Shown here in pieces: positions 1 to 9,607 of a DNA stretch of 64,000 nt. This stretch comes from Candidatus Shapirobacteria bacterium CG_4_10_14_0_8_um_filter_39_15 (lineage in GTDB: Bacteria; Patescibacteriota; Microgenomatia; UM-FILTER-39-15). Positions within the stretch are counted from its first letter, which is position 1. Each line of letters starts with the position of its first letter. A program made the translations under genes and the position numbers. The DNA is taken from positions 10,972 to 74,971 of the forward strand of contig PFLE01000013.1 in NCBI GenBank assembly GCA_002784465.1, in the 5' to 3' direction. The notes under the pieces were generated by a model. It was not told the DNA's origin and ran no database searches. It worked only from the letters and a program-made list of their open reading frames with translations.

Positions 1-1437
1 TTGCCCTAAAATTTTTATCGGTTAGAATCCGCGGAACATCAACCAATGTCGTATCTTCCTTGTGTAAAAGGGTTAATAAGGAATTCCTCAAAATATATTC
101 CAGCCGCGGCCCCCAAGAGTAAGAATAAAGTTTGTAAAAAATCGCCACAATCCCTGACGCTACCAATTCCCGTAATTCCGGATTTTTCACTTCCAAAAAA
201 TTTAAATGGAACGGGTGGGCAATATCTGACGGGTCAAGATAGCAAACATCATTTATTCGATTAGAAGGAACATAATCTAAAATATTGGCCGAAAGATCAC
301 CGTGAGGATCAATCACGCCTATTCCCTCTCCGTTTCTCATATCGTTAATCGCCATATTGGCAATTAAGGTAGATTTTCCGGTTCCGCTTTTCCCGATAAT
401 ATAAACATGTTTTGCCCGATCTCTTTTTTTAATTCCATAAACCACCATTTTATTTTTATATTCGGTTTTGGCAAAAAAATTAATCAGTTTTTTCTCTTCA
501 TCAGTAGTAACACTAAAAGAAGTTGGTAGATTATCCGGCGGTTCTCCGACTAAGCGCGTTCCCCAAGCAATATTTCTAATCCCCGCTAAAGTTAATGAAG
601 GCAGATGAAAAATTGTCGCCAATTCCGCAATATTTAAAACTTGACGGCCCGGAAAATAAGCTGCCCGGCGGGTAAGAATCGCCTTAAGGAATTTTTTATC
701 CTGTAAAAATGAAGGGCGGCTTAAGGACAAAGCATTTCCTTCACCTAAAGAAAGGCTGCCGAAAGAACCGGCCAAGTTTTTTAGTTGCGACTGGCTTTTG
801 GATTTATAAGGAGAACAAACCAATAATCTAATCGCGCAGTTAAATCCCTGTTGATTTATTTTTAGCTCAATAATTTTAGCGTGAGGGTGGGCCACCACTC
901 GTCCATCCGGAGAAAGAATTCCTTTGCGGACAACGCTGGCACCGATTTGCTGCCAACCGCTGCCGGCCGGCAAGATAACAATTTGCATCAGCATTTTTTC
1001 TTCCTTTTCTGCCATGGCCATCGTTCCCAAAACTGCGGACAAAGGATCAGTTTCTTTAAAATCGGTATATGTTTTAAGCGGATAATAAAAAGGTGCCGTC
1101 AGTTTCAATTGTCCATAAGATTGGGAAAAGTCTTTAGTAAGCCAGCCGGGTAGATAATCCGAGACGACGGTCAAAGTAGCTTTAGGATATTGGGCCGATA
1201 ATTGGCTCTCAAAGTAGGTCCGATATTCCAGCGGAACCACGGCATAAAAATGAATTACCTGCTCATAAGTAGCAATTTCAAAAACAATCGGCTGACCTTT
1301 TCCCAAAAGACGATCTAAAAAAGAAAGTCTGATGTTAGAAAGAGAGGCAAAGACACCCGCCATCGTTTCCGGTGTGTGTTCCGTATCCCTTGGCAATCTC
1401 AATTCCAAAATTACATTTTTCTCAATTTTCTCCATCA
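1..1437 (-). CDS. P-loop ATPase resembling T4SS coupling proteins (TraD/TrwB/VirD4 family); 5' partial at window edge
   Basis: Minus-strand ORF starts ATGATG at 1437 (MMEKIEKNVILELRLP...) and runs to the window edge. It has a Walker A IIGKSGTGKST followed by VIDPHGDL, which matches the TrwB/TraD pattern GxTGxGKS...IVDPxGD. No N-terminal TM helices seen. It is not in the ORF track because it is truncated by the edge. Confidence 0.45.
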
Positions 1438-1603
1438 TAATAATTTTAGCAGATTATTGTATTTCTTCATAATTTCCATTTCAAGATTATGGGGGTGAAA
1501 TTTAATTATGTTTTCATTTACAATTTCTGTTGTCCTGTGTTTGCGCATATATAACAACTGCGTCTTTCTCGCTAAAATTTCTAAAAAATCAAGGAAAAAA
1601 TTC

Positions 1604-2284
1604 TTAGGCATTAGGTAAATATTTTTTCACCCAGAAATTCGCGGTCATAAATTTATGATAAGTATTTTCTCTTTCAAAAATTGGTCTCATTTGGCAAATC
1701 TCGTGAGCAATAAATAAATTCTGGTCTTTAATAACCAAGTTATCATTAGAAATAAACAGATTCGGACAAATCATGTTGGCAATTTTATTGGGCCGCCGAT
1801 ACAATCCCCGAAGACAAAGAAGCACCACAACTAATCCCCTGGTTAACCAAAGACGATTCTTTGAAGTAATAAAGAATAAATCAATATCGTCTTTTTCGTC
1901 TGAATTTTTTACCGCCAGCGAACCGGTAATGCCTATCAGCTTGATCCATTTAATATGTTTCAAGATTTGTACTGCACGGTTAGCAATTGCTAATTTCTTC
2001 CTCGACCAAACTTCCCGATCTTTTCTAATCTTGATGTTTCTTTCTTTTCCCGATAAACAATAATAATTGTTAAGCAACCGAATCTTTTTATCTTTTAACA
2101 GACCTTCCAGATCCATATTCCATTTTCTTTTTCCATCTTCTACCTTCCAACCTCCACCTCGGCTCGACCGCCGAGTCGAGACGGGTCCACCTTCCAACAC
2201 CAACCACCGCCAGATTTCTTCTTTTTTCAGAGGGTAGGCAAATAAATCAGCATAAAGCAAAGTTCGAAGAATAGCATTTTTCAT
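1604..2284 (-). CDS. Nucleotidyltransferase-fold protein (pol-beta-like NTase) with a GC-rich in-frame insertion
   Basis: GS-x9-DxD motif GITGSLAVKNSDEKDDIDLFF. The central low-complexity segment GGPVSTRRSSRGGGWKVEDG is encoded by a GC-rich palindromic stretch at about 2135-2212. Confidence 0.5.
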   Translation of the reverse strand: MKNAILRTLLYADLFAYPLKKEEIWRWLVLEGGPVSTRRSSRGGGWKVEDGKRKWNMDLEGLLKDKKIRLLNNYYCLSGKERNIKIRKDREVWSRKKLAIANRAVQILKHIKWIKLIGITGSLAVKNSDEKDDIDLFFITSKNRLWLTRGLVVVLLCLRGLYRRPNKIANMICPNLFISNDNLVIKDQNLFIAHEICQMRPIFERENTYHKFMTANFWVKKYLPNA

Positions 2285-2290
2285 TCCCGA

Positions 2291-3733
2291 TCATCTTACC
2301 ACAGAAGCGGAAACGCCGTACTGGCTTAAGACTTGAGATACTCCTTGGCTGGTTGTTTCCAAAGCCTGTTTGGCGCCGGATTTGCCGAAATTGACCGCGT
2401 TGACGGCATCTTCAAAATATTTGATAATCTTGTCGTTTATCCCATTGTCGTGGGTATCCGAAGAAAGATATCCGGACTTGGCGGCCTGCGCCTGCTGAAC
2501 AAAAGCACCAACGTAATTTGAATCTTTAAGCGAATCCCCTAATTCACGGCGGGAATACGGCTCGCCGAAAAGCCGAAGATCGGATTCGGTTTTATAAAGC
2601 TTTTGCATTGTTTCTTTGTTGGAAAGGTATTTGACGAATTTCCAGGCGGCTTCCTGACTCGGACTTTTTTTGGAAACCCCTTCCACCCAATAGCTGGCCC
2701 AGGTAACATTGGTGTCGGCCAGCTGCGGAATCGGCAAGATTTTAAAATTTAGGTTTGGATTAGCCTGCTTAATCGTAAATGCTTCCCAGGAAGGACCGAA
2801 ATAAATTGCCAACTTGCCTAAGATAAACTGTTGGGTAGATGACGACAAGGTTTCATCCCAAACCAAATCCGATTGGGAAAACAAAGTAAAATAAGTAAGC
2901 GCGTCTTCGGCCAACTGACCGATCGGTTTATTAAGATCCGCGCCGTTTTGAAGCATCATCGCCGCCAGAATATCCGACCAGTGATCAATATTTTCCGTTC
3001 GGCCCAAGGCCGCCCCGGCAATTTGGATCTGCCCCCGGCTTCTTTGGGCCGGCGTTGTTAATTCACTGGCGGTTTTGCGCAATTCATCCCAAGTGGTTGG
3101 CGGCGTTTTTCCGGCCGTCGTAAAAAGATCTTCATTAATATACATTCCTAAGCCATCAATTTCTAAAGGTATGCCGACATAATTATTGCCAATTTTTAAA
3201 TCTCGGGCAGCAACCGGATAAAAAGTTGATTCAAAAGTGGCATTGTCCATCACGCTGACCGGCACCGGCGACAGTTCGTTTTTGAACATCGGCACCCAGG
3301 TGTTGTGATACCGAAAAATATCCGGACCTTTATTTTGAGCAAAAGCGGAGGATAACCGCTCGCGGTATTCGGTTGGCGAATTATAAACGTAATTAATTTT
3401 AATATCCGGATTTGCTTTTTCAAAATCGGCAATCACTCCGGCCATTGCTCCATACGGTTCCCAAAGACCCCAATAGGTTAAAGTTGATTTACCAACTTTA
3501 GAAGCATTGGGAAGTAGAATTTTTGAAACCGCCACTAAAACAACGGCTAAAACAATTAAAATCAAAACGATTGGTAAAAATCTTTTAATAACGGAGGGTT
3601 TTTCTTCAAAAGGTAAAACCGCGGGCGCTTCCGGACCGGCCGGGGAAAAAGTTTCTACCGGCGGCGTTTCTACAACAGGCGGTGTTTCTGTCACTGGTAA
3701 AGGATTAGACGGTAAGGGTAGTTCCGTATCCAT
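2291..3733 (-). CDS. Extracellular solute-binding protein (ABC sugar-type, family 1), N-terminal Pro-rich tail and TM anchor; no permease or ATPase partner nearby
   Basis: 480 aa with a TM segment FLPIVLILIVLAVVLVAV followed by an SBP-like domain (TYWGLWEPYG..., many W/Y). It sits alone, so it is an orphan SBP. Confidence 0.65.
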   Translation of the reverse strand: MDTELPLPSNPLPVTETPPVVETPPVETFSPAGPEAPAVLPFEEKPSVIKRFLPIVLILIVLAVVLVAVSKILLPNASKVGKSTLTYWGLWEPYGAMAGVIADFEKANPDIKINYVYNSPTEYRERLSSAFAQNKGPDIFRYHNTWVPMFKNELSPVPVSVMDNATFESTFYPVAARDLKIGNNYVGIPLEIDGLGMYINEDLFTTAGKTPPTTWDELRKTASELTTPAQRSRGQIQIAGAALGRTENIDHWSDILAAMMLQNGADLNKPIGQLAEDALTYFTLFSQSDLVWDETLSSSTQQFILGKLAIYFGPSWEAFTIKQANPNLNFKILPIPQLADTNVTWASYWVEGVSKKSPSQEAAWKFVKYLSNKETMQKLYKTESDLRLFGEPYSRRELGDSLKDSNYVGAFVQQAQAAKSGYLSSDTHDNGINDKIIKYFEDAVNAVNFGKSGAKQALETTSQGVSQVLSQYGVSASVVR

Positions 3734-3751
3734 ACAACTATATTAACATAA

Positions 3752-3872
3752 AGTAGGTAATCAGTTAATCAGGATATCGGGAAAAGAGAGTAGAGATCAG
3801 TTGTCAGAAATCTCCCGATATTCTGTTCTCTGTTTTACTTAACCCGATACTCTGGTCTACTGATTTACTTCT
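3752..3872. repeat. Palindromic ~120-bp dispersed repeat (family A: ATCAG/CTGAT words), copy R1, in the divergent promoter region of the SBP gene and tsaD
   Basis: GGTAATCAGTTAATCAGGATATCGGGAAAAGAGA...CTCTGTTTTACTT...TCTACTGATTTACT aligns at about 75% with the copy at 26873-26996 and with the other copies. The termini are inverted (ATCAG...CTGAT). Confidence 0.6.
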
Positions 3873-3909
3873 ATTTTCAGATTTATCTTTTTGGCCGTAT
3901 AATACTCCT

Positions 3910-5154
3910 ATGAAGATTTTAGCTATTGAATCCTCTTGTGATGAGACCGCTGCGGCGATTGTTGAAGATGGAACGAAAATTTTATCCAACGTTGTCGCCT
4001 CTTCGGTCGAAATGCACGCCAAAACCGGTGGCATTATTCCCGAGGTAGCGGCAAGAGAACAGGTTAAATGCATTATTCCCGTAATACAAGAGGCTCTCAA
4101 CAGGACAGATTTCAGTAAATCAGTAAAACAGTACAACAGTGAAACGGTAATCGGTAAAACGGTAAAAAAAGTTACTGAAATTACTGATTACTGTTCTACT
4201 GATTCACCGCTTAACCGTTTTACTGACATAGACGCCATAGCGGTAACCGTTGGTCCCGGATTGGTTGGTTCATTGCTTGTTGGTATTGAAACCGCTAAAA
4301 CGCTTGCCTATCTTTGGCAAAAACCAATTGTACCGATAAATCATTTGGTTGGACACATCTACGCGAATTGGCTTAACACCAGTAAACCAGTAGAACAGTT
4401 AAACCGTACAACAGCAGTCGGTAAGACAGTAAAAAAAGTTACTGAAATTACTGATTACTGTTCTACTGATTTACCGTTTCACTGTTTTACCGAACCGAAT
4501 TTTCCAGCGATAGCCCTCGTTGTTAGTGGCGGACATACTGATTTAGTTTTAATGAAAAACCATGGAAAAATTGAGTGGCTTGGCGGAACCAGAGACGATG
4601 CGGGCGGAGAATGTTTCGATAAATCGGCACGTTTACTGGATTTACCTTACCCTGGAGGTCCTTCTATCTCTGCCGCAGCTCAACAATATAGCAATATAAC
4701 AATAAAACAATCGGCCATTCGACTCCCTCGCCCCTTAATGGATGAAGATAACTTTGACTTTAGTTTTTCGGGATTAAAGACAGCGGTCCTCCGTGAGGTT
4801 CAAGACCTAAAAAACAATCAGCAATATAACAATATAACAGTAGAACAATTATCTTATGAACTCCAAGAAGCTATTACCGATGTTTTGGTTACTAAAACCA
4901 TTCGTGCTGCCGAAAAATATAAGGTTAAATCCATTCTTCTCGCCGGCGGCGTCTCCGCGAACCAAAGATTACGAGAAAAAATGCATTTAAAATTTAAAAA
5001 TTTAAAATTTAAAATTGAGTTTTGGTGTCCCCCGCCAAAACTTTGCACCGACAACGCCGCCTATATCGCTTCCTGCGCTTATTTCAACTATAAACCAGTC
5101 CCCTGGCAGGATATTAAAGTTAATCCGGGATTAACAATTTCCGACAAAATCTAG
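3910..5154 (+). CDS. tsaD: tRNA N6-adenosine threonylcarbamoyltransferase TsaD (Kae1/YgjD family) carrying in-frame repeat insertions
   Basis: N-terminus MKILAIESSCDETAAAIV, HAKTGGIIPEVAAREQ, VSGGHT, DFSFSGLKTAV and C-terminal CTDNAAYIA are present. It is 414 aa versus about 340 typical, because of two ~38-aa inserts and simple-repeat segments. Confidence 0.85.
   Translation: MKILAIESSCDETAAAIVEDGTKILSNVVASSVEMHAKTGGIIPEVAAREQVKCIIPVIQEALNRTDFSKSVKQYNSETVIGKTVKKVTEITDYCSTDSPLNRFTDIDAIAVTVGPGLVGSLLVGIETAKTLAYLWQKPIVPINHLVGHIYANWLNTSKPVEQLNRTTAVGKTVKKVTEITDYCSTDLPFHCFTEPNFPAIALVVSGGHTDLVLMKNHGKIEWLGGTRDDAGGECFDKSARLLDLPYPGGPSISAAAQQYSNITIKQSAIRLPRPLMDEDNFDFSFSGLKTAVLREVQDLKNNQQYNNITVEQLSYELQEAITDVLVTKTIRAAEKYKVKSILLAGGVSANQRLREKMHLKFKNLKFKIEFWCPPPKLCTDNAAYIASCAYFNYKPVPWQDIKVNPGLTISDKI
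4113..4226. repeat. Family-A-like palindromic element inserted in frame within tsaD (insert 1)
   Basis: cagtaaatcagtaaaacagtacaacagtg...gttactgaaattactgattactgttctactgattcacc is self-complementary (CAGTAAATCAG vs CTGATTTACTG words). It encodes DFSKSVKQYNSETVIGKTVKKVTEITDYCSTDSPLNRFTD, placed before the conserved IDAIAVTVGPG. Confidence 0.55.
4379..4492. repeat. Second in-frame palindromic insertion in tsaD (insert 2), about 85% identical to insert 1
   Basis: ...ggtaagacagtaaaaaaagttactgaaattactgattactgttctactgatttaccg... encodes TAVGKTVKKVTEITDYCSTDLPFHCFTEPN, placed between HIYANWLN and the conserved FPAIALVVSGGHT. Confidence 0.55.
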
Positions 5155-5295
5155 CCTCGCAAGGCCTGACCTTACGAGCTTAAACCTCATACACTATATC
5201 ATCACAAAGTGATGCTATAGCAAGACTTTGTGTCAAACAATTTAACAAAAAAAACAATTTAACAATTTTCTCCTCTCTTTGTGCTAAAATAAGGC

Positions 5296-5745
5296 ATGAT
5301 AGAAAATAAAAAATCCTTGGAAAAACCTGTTTATGCCTTTATTGATAGCCAAAATCTCAATCTTGGGGTTAGAAGTCAAGGTTGGAAACTTGATTGGCGG
5401 AAATTTAGACAATATTTACGGAATAAATATAATGTTGCAAACGCCTTTGCTTTTATTGGATATAAAGCAGGAAACGAAAAACTCTATCTTCAATTGCAGG
5501 AAATGGGTTACCTTGTAATTTTAAAACCAACTCTAGAACTTCCTGATGGATCAGTAAAAGGAAATGTTGATGCAGAACTAGTCCTGCATACCATGGTTCA
5601 GTTTAAGAACTTTAATAAAGCAATTATCGTTTCTGGAGACGGAGATTTTCATTGTTTGGTTGAGTATCTAGATCAACATGAAAAGATTTTTCATCTATTT
5701 GCTCCAAATAAACATTACTCATCGATTTACTTAGAAGTTCCCTAG
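5296..5745 (+). CDS. NYN-domain (LabA/DUF88-like) predicted RNase
   Basis: AFIDSQNL...KGNVDAELVLH...AIIVSGDGDF matches the NYN/LabA-like acidic-residue pattern. Confidence 0.55.
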   Translation: MIENKKSLEKPVYAFIDSQNLNLGVRSQGWKLDWRKFRQYLRNKYNVANAFAFIGYKAGNEKLYLQLQEMGYLVILKPTLELPDGSVKGNVDAELVLHTMVQFKNFNKAIIVSGDGDFHCLVEYLDQHEKIFHLFAPNKHYSSIYLEVP

Positions 5746-5853
5746 AATTAAAAGTGACCAAGATCAGCGGTCGGTCGAAACCTTAGGCTGCTTAGCTTGG
5801 TCATCGTGATGGTATAATCATACCAAATATTATTAAGTAAGTCAATTAGACGT

Positions 5854-7860
5854 ATGGATAAAAATTATGACCCAAAATTAGTTGAAGATAAAATTTACCA
5901 AATGTGGGAAGATGGCGGGTATTTTAAACCAAAAATTGATAAGACCAAAAAACCTTTTACCATCACCCTTCCCCCGCCAAATGTCACCGGTAGTCTTCAC
6001 GCCGGCCACGCAATGTATGTGATTGAAGATATTATGGTTCGCTACCACCGAATGCTTGGTGATCCAACCTTATGGCTGCCGGGTTTTGATCATGCCTCGA
6101 TTGCGGTCGAATATCTAGTTACCAAACGACTAGCCAAAGAAGGCAAGAACAAAAATGAAGTTGGTAGAGAAAAATTTATTAAAAGAGCCCTCGGCTTTAC
6201 CAATGAATCAAGAAGTTATATCCGCAACCAATTAAAAAAACTGGGCTTTTCTTTAGATTGGTCAAAAGAAGCTTATACCATGGACGAATCTTACGCCAGC
6301 GCAGTCAAGGAAGCTTTTAAAAGACTTTATGACAAAAATTTAATCTACAAAGGTGAAAGAATTATTAATTGGTGTCCTAAATGTCAAACCGCCATTTCTG
6401 ATTTGGAAAACGAACACCAAGAAGAAACCGGAAAACTTTATTATGTTAAATACGGTCCAATTACCATTGCCACCACTCGGCCGGAAACCATGTTTGCGGA
6501 TGTAGCGATCGCGGTTAATCCTAAAAATAATAATTACCAAAAATTTGTTGGTACTTTAGTCCCCCTTCCCCTAACTAACAGAAAAATCCCCGTTATCGAA
6601 GACGATGCGGTTGACCTGAATTTCGGAACCGGGGCTTTAAAAATTACTCCGGCTCATGATGAGTTGGATTTTGAAATTGGCAATCGTCATAAGCTTGAAA
6701 AATTATCAGTAATAAATAAGTATGGAAAATTAACCGAAATTGCAGGTAAATACGCCAACCTAAAAGTATTCGAGGCAAGAGAAGCAGTTGTAAATGATTT
6801 GCAGAACCAGAGCTTTTTGGAAAAGATTGAGGAATACAAACATTCTGTCGGCCATTGTCAAAGATGCCATACCATCACTGAACCGATTATTTCTGAGCAA
6901 TGGTTTGTTAAAACCGAAACTTTAGCTAAAAGAGCAATTAAGGCGGTAAAAGACGGTGAAATCAAAATCATTCCCAAATCGTTTGAAAAAATCTATTTTA
7001 ATTGGCTAAACAATATTCGGGATTGGTGCATTTCTAGGCAACTTTGGTGGGGACACAAAATTCCACTCGAAGGAGAAAACGATATTCTTGATACTTGGTT
7101 TTCTTCCGGACTTTGGCCGATCGCGGTTTTTGGTTGGCCAAACAAAACTTCTGAACTTAGTTATTTCTACCCTACCTCTGTCCGGGAAACAGGTTACGAT
7201 ATTTTATTTTTCTGGGTTTGCCGAGAAATTATGTTATGTTTGGAAATGACTAATCAAGTTCCCTTTCGAACCGTATATCTTCACGGTCTTATCCGGGATG
7301 AAAAAAATAAAAAATTTAGTAAAACTGCCGGCATTGGTTTTGATCCTTTAGAAATGATTGAAAAATACGGGGCTGACGCTTTAAGAATGGCTCTGGTTTT
7401 TGGCACGACCGCCGGCAAAGATCTGCATATCAATGAAGATAAAATCCGGGCGATGCGGAACTTTACAAACAAGATCTGGAACGCGGCGAGATTCACCTTG
7501 GCGCCTGAAATCAGCGTAGATCAGCGTACAAATCAGCGATCATCTGCGATTCATCCCGATGATCAATGGATCCTTTCGGAATTAGACAAAACAACAAAAA
7601 CAGTTACCCAGCATGTCGAGAAATATCAATTTGGACAAGCCGCAGAAGATTTGTACGAATTTTTCTGGCATTCATTTTGCGATAAATATATTGAAATGAC
7701 CAAAACCAGAAGAGAAGAGGCTCAACCGGCTTTGTTGTTTGTTCTAATTACCAGTCTCAAACTTCTCCACCCTTTTATGCCTTTTGTTACTGAAGAAATT
7801 TGGCAAAAAATGCCTCAACATGAAGACAAACCACTAATTATTGCCCAATGGCCAAAATAA
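5854..7860 (+). CDS. valS: Valine--tRNA ligase, short form lacking the C-terminal coiled-coil
   Basis: HIGH motif PPPNVTGSLHAGHA, KMSKS motif KFSKTAG, the CP1 editing region, and an anticodon-binding region. It ends at 668 aa. There is a simple-word in-frame segment at 7508-7550. Confidence 0.85.
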   Translation: MDKNYDPKLVEDKIYQMWEDGGYFKPKIDKTKKPFTITLPPPNVTGSLHAGHAMYVIEDIMVRYHRMLGDPTLWLPGFDHASIAVEYLVTKRLAKEGKNKNEVGREKFIKRALGFTNESRSYIRNQLKKLGFSLDWSKEAYTMDESYASAVKEAFKRLYDKNLIYKGERIINWCPKCQTAISDLENEHQEETGKLYYVKYGPITIATTRPETMFADVAIAVNPKNNNYQKFVGTLVPLPLTNRKIPVIEDDAVDLNFGTGALKITPAHDELDFEIGNRHKLEKLSVINKYGKLTEIAGKYANLKVFEAREAVVNDLQNQSFLEKIEEYKHSVGHCQRCHTITEPIISEQWFVKTETLAKRAIKAVKDGEIKIIPKSFEKIYFNWLNNIRDWCISRQLWWGHKIPLEGENDILDTWFSSGLWPIAVFGWPNKTSELSYFYPTSVRETGYDILFFWVCREIMLCLEMTNQVPFRTVYLHGLIRDEKNKKFSKTAGIGFDPLEMIEKYGADALRMALVFGTTAGKDLHINEDKIRAMRNFTNKIWNAARFTLAPEISVDQRTNQRSSAIHPDDQWILSELDKTTKTVTQHVEKYQFGQAAEDLYEFFWHSFCDKYIEMTKTRREEAQPALLFVLITSLKLLHPFMPFVTEEIWQKMPQHEDKPLIIAQWPK

Positions 7861-8369
7861 ATAAACCAAGACTATTTGTTTTTCTGTTTTTATTGATTAT
7901 CGCGTTTACCAGTCTTTATTCTCTTTTTCTTCCTAAAACCAGGGCTGAATTAGCCAAACAGCAATTAATTAATAATCCCAATGACATTCCTGCCCATCTG
8001 GTTTTAGCCGAAGAATTCTTGAATAACAACCAGCTCGAGGAAACACAAAAGGAATTGGTCGTCGTTGATAATCTAAACAAACAGCTAGCCCAAACCGAAC
8101 AGAAATCCAATGTTCTTGGAATCTCTTCAGTCGTCAATGGTCTTTGGACAAAGTGGCAGGAGGCAAATAAGACCGAACTAGAAAAGCTGGTTTTAAAATG
8201 GCGAGGAATTGTCGCCGATAACCTAAATTATCGCGACGGCTATCTGCGTTTGGCAATTTATTATTTCCGTCTGGGTGATGATCAAAAAGCCAAAGAAAAT
8301 CTAAATATCGCATTAAAGCTTGATCCCAATTTTGAGCCGGCAAAAAATCTTCAAAAATTCATTCCGTAG
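7848..8369 (+). CDS. Membrane-anchored hypothetical protein with TPR-like C-terminus
   Basis: Start overlaps the valS stop. TM segment LFVFLFLLIIAFTSLYSLF. Helical repeats (LAIYYFRLGDDQKAKENLNIALKLDPNF). Confidence 0.4.
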   Translation: MAKINKPRLFVFLFLLIIAFTSLYSLFLPKTRAELAKQQLINNPNDIPAHLVLAEEFLNNNQLEETQKELVVVDNLNKQLAQTEQKSNVLGISSVVNGLWTKWQEANKTELEKLVLKWRGIVADNLNYRDGYLRLAIYYFRLGDDQKAKENLNIALKLDPNFEPAKNLQKFIP

Positions 8370-8925
8370 AAAAAAGTCTAATCGTGGAAAGCATTAATTC
8401 AAATTGGCCCAAAAGCTGCGAATTGGCTGGCGTTAAAGAAATTTGGAATAAAGTATTTCCTTTGCGTAACAAATAATAAAAATTATTATTAACCATCAAC
8501 TTGGCCGCCTCGTTTCCCTGAATTGTCAGTGCCTCAAATTTTACCGGATTGTAGATTTTTGTTTCCGAATCATATTGACCAAATTGTCGATTAATATATT
8601 GAGACAAGGGCAAATTTTGGAAGCCGCTCACTTGCTGACTGACTACCAAAGTCACACAACTTTTCTCAACCAAAGGATTAATCGGAAAACCGTTCTCGTC
8701 AATACAATTGCTGGTTTGGAAATTGGCCAAAATTTTTATGCCGCTGCCTTGTTTTTTTTCAGAATAGAACCAGGTTGGCGGATATTTCAAAGAATAATCT
8801 AAGTCGCTTAAGGTTTTCCAACCGGCCGTCGGATTTTGTGCCGGCCTTCTGATTGCTTTAACTCCCAACAATAAAATAACAATCGTAACAATTGTAACAA
8901 GGAATGTCGCAGTTATTTTCTTCAT
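8359..8925 (-). CDS. Hypothetical secreted or membrane-anchored protein
   Basis: Likely start MKKITATFLVTIVTIVILLLG (internal Met of the ORF-track ORF; the track start overlaps the rplY 3' end). Confidence 0.4.
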   Translation of the reverse strand: MKKITATFLVTIVTIVILLLGVKAIRRPAQNPTAGWKTLSDLDYSLKYPPTWFYSEKKQGSGIKILANFQTSNCIDENGFPINPLVEKSCVTLVVSQQVSGFQNLPLSQYINRQFGQYDSETKIYNPVKFEALTIQGNEAAKLMVNNNFYYLLRKGNTLFQISLTPANSQLLGQFELMLSTIRLFSTE

Positions 8926-8935
8926 CAAAACGAAA

Positions 8936-9607
8936 TTATTCTTTTGGTGTTTCACTCGGAGCGGCCTCTTCGGTCGGTGTTTCTCCAGACGGAGCGGCTT
9001 CACCTTCGGCCGGAACTTCTGCCGCCGGAGGGGGCGTCACCACTTCTTCTTTTTGCAAAGCAACAATTTTTACTACCACTTCGGCCGGATCAGCCAAAAT
9101 CTTAATGATTTTAGTATCAACTTTAATTTCTCCAACCGTAATTTGATTATCAACCTCGACCAGACCAGAAATATCAACCGTTAATTTTTCCGGCAAATCG
9201 GCAGGCAGGGCCTCGACTTCCAATTCCGATAAAGGTTGAAGTAAAACCCCTAAGTTTTGCCTGATGGCTGGCGATTCACCAATTAGTTCTACCGGAACTT
9301 TCGCGGTTGTTTTTTCCGTTAAGGAAACCTCGTGGAAATCAATGTGAAGAATTTCTCCGGTTACCGGATGGATTTGAACATGGTGAATCAAAACCGGGTG
9401 AACCTTCTCCCCAATTTCAACATCAAGTAAAGTTGTCTCCCCGACCTGATCCCAAACTTTTTTAAACTCGTCATTTTTTACCTGAAGAGGTTCCGACTTA
9501 ATTTTCTTGCCATATAAATTAGCAGGGATTTTCCCCTCATTGCGGATTTTTTTAACCTTACGACCTAAGATTTCTCTTTTTTCGGCTTTAATGGCGATTC
9601 TTTTCAT
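8936..9607 (-). CDS. rplY: 50S ribosomal protein L25 / general stress protein Ctc
   Basis: MKRIAIKAEKREILGRKVKKIRNEGKIPANLYG..., with an acidic Pro/Glu-rich C-terminus typical of Ctc-form L25. Confidence 0.8.
   Translation of the reverse strand: MKRIAIKAEKREILGRKVKKIRNEGKIPANLYGKKIKSEPLQVKNDEFKKVWDQVGETTLLDVEIGEKVHPVLIHHVQIHPVTGEILHIDFHEVSLTEKTTAKVPVELIGESPAIRQNLGVLLQPLSELEVEALPADLPEKLTVDISGLVEVDNQITVGEIKVDTKIIKILADPAEVVVKIVALQKEEVVTPPPAAEVPAEGEAAPSGETPTEEAAPSETPKE

Noticed and set aside
5333-5518. 61-aa ORF inside the NYN gene (alternate frame)
   Set aside because: Out-of-frame overlap with a conserved-motif gene; no support.
5746-5853. T-box riboswitch or attenuator upstream of valS
   Set aside because: Only about 105 nt with one 8-bp stem (TGACCAAG/CTTGGTCA). 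Too short and lacking T-box specifier or antiterminator features. More likely the NYN-gene terminator plus a TATAAT promoter.
5854-7860. valS as a truncated pseudogene
   Set aside because: HIGH, KMSKS, editing and anticodon-binding regions are all intact. Only the terminal coiled-coil is absent, which occurs in compact genomes.
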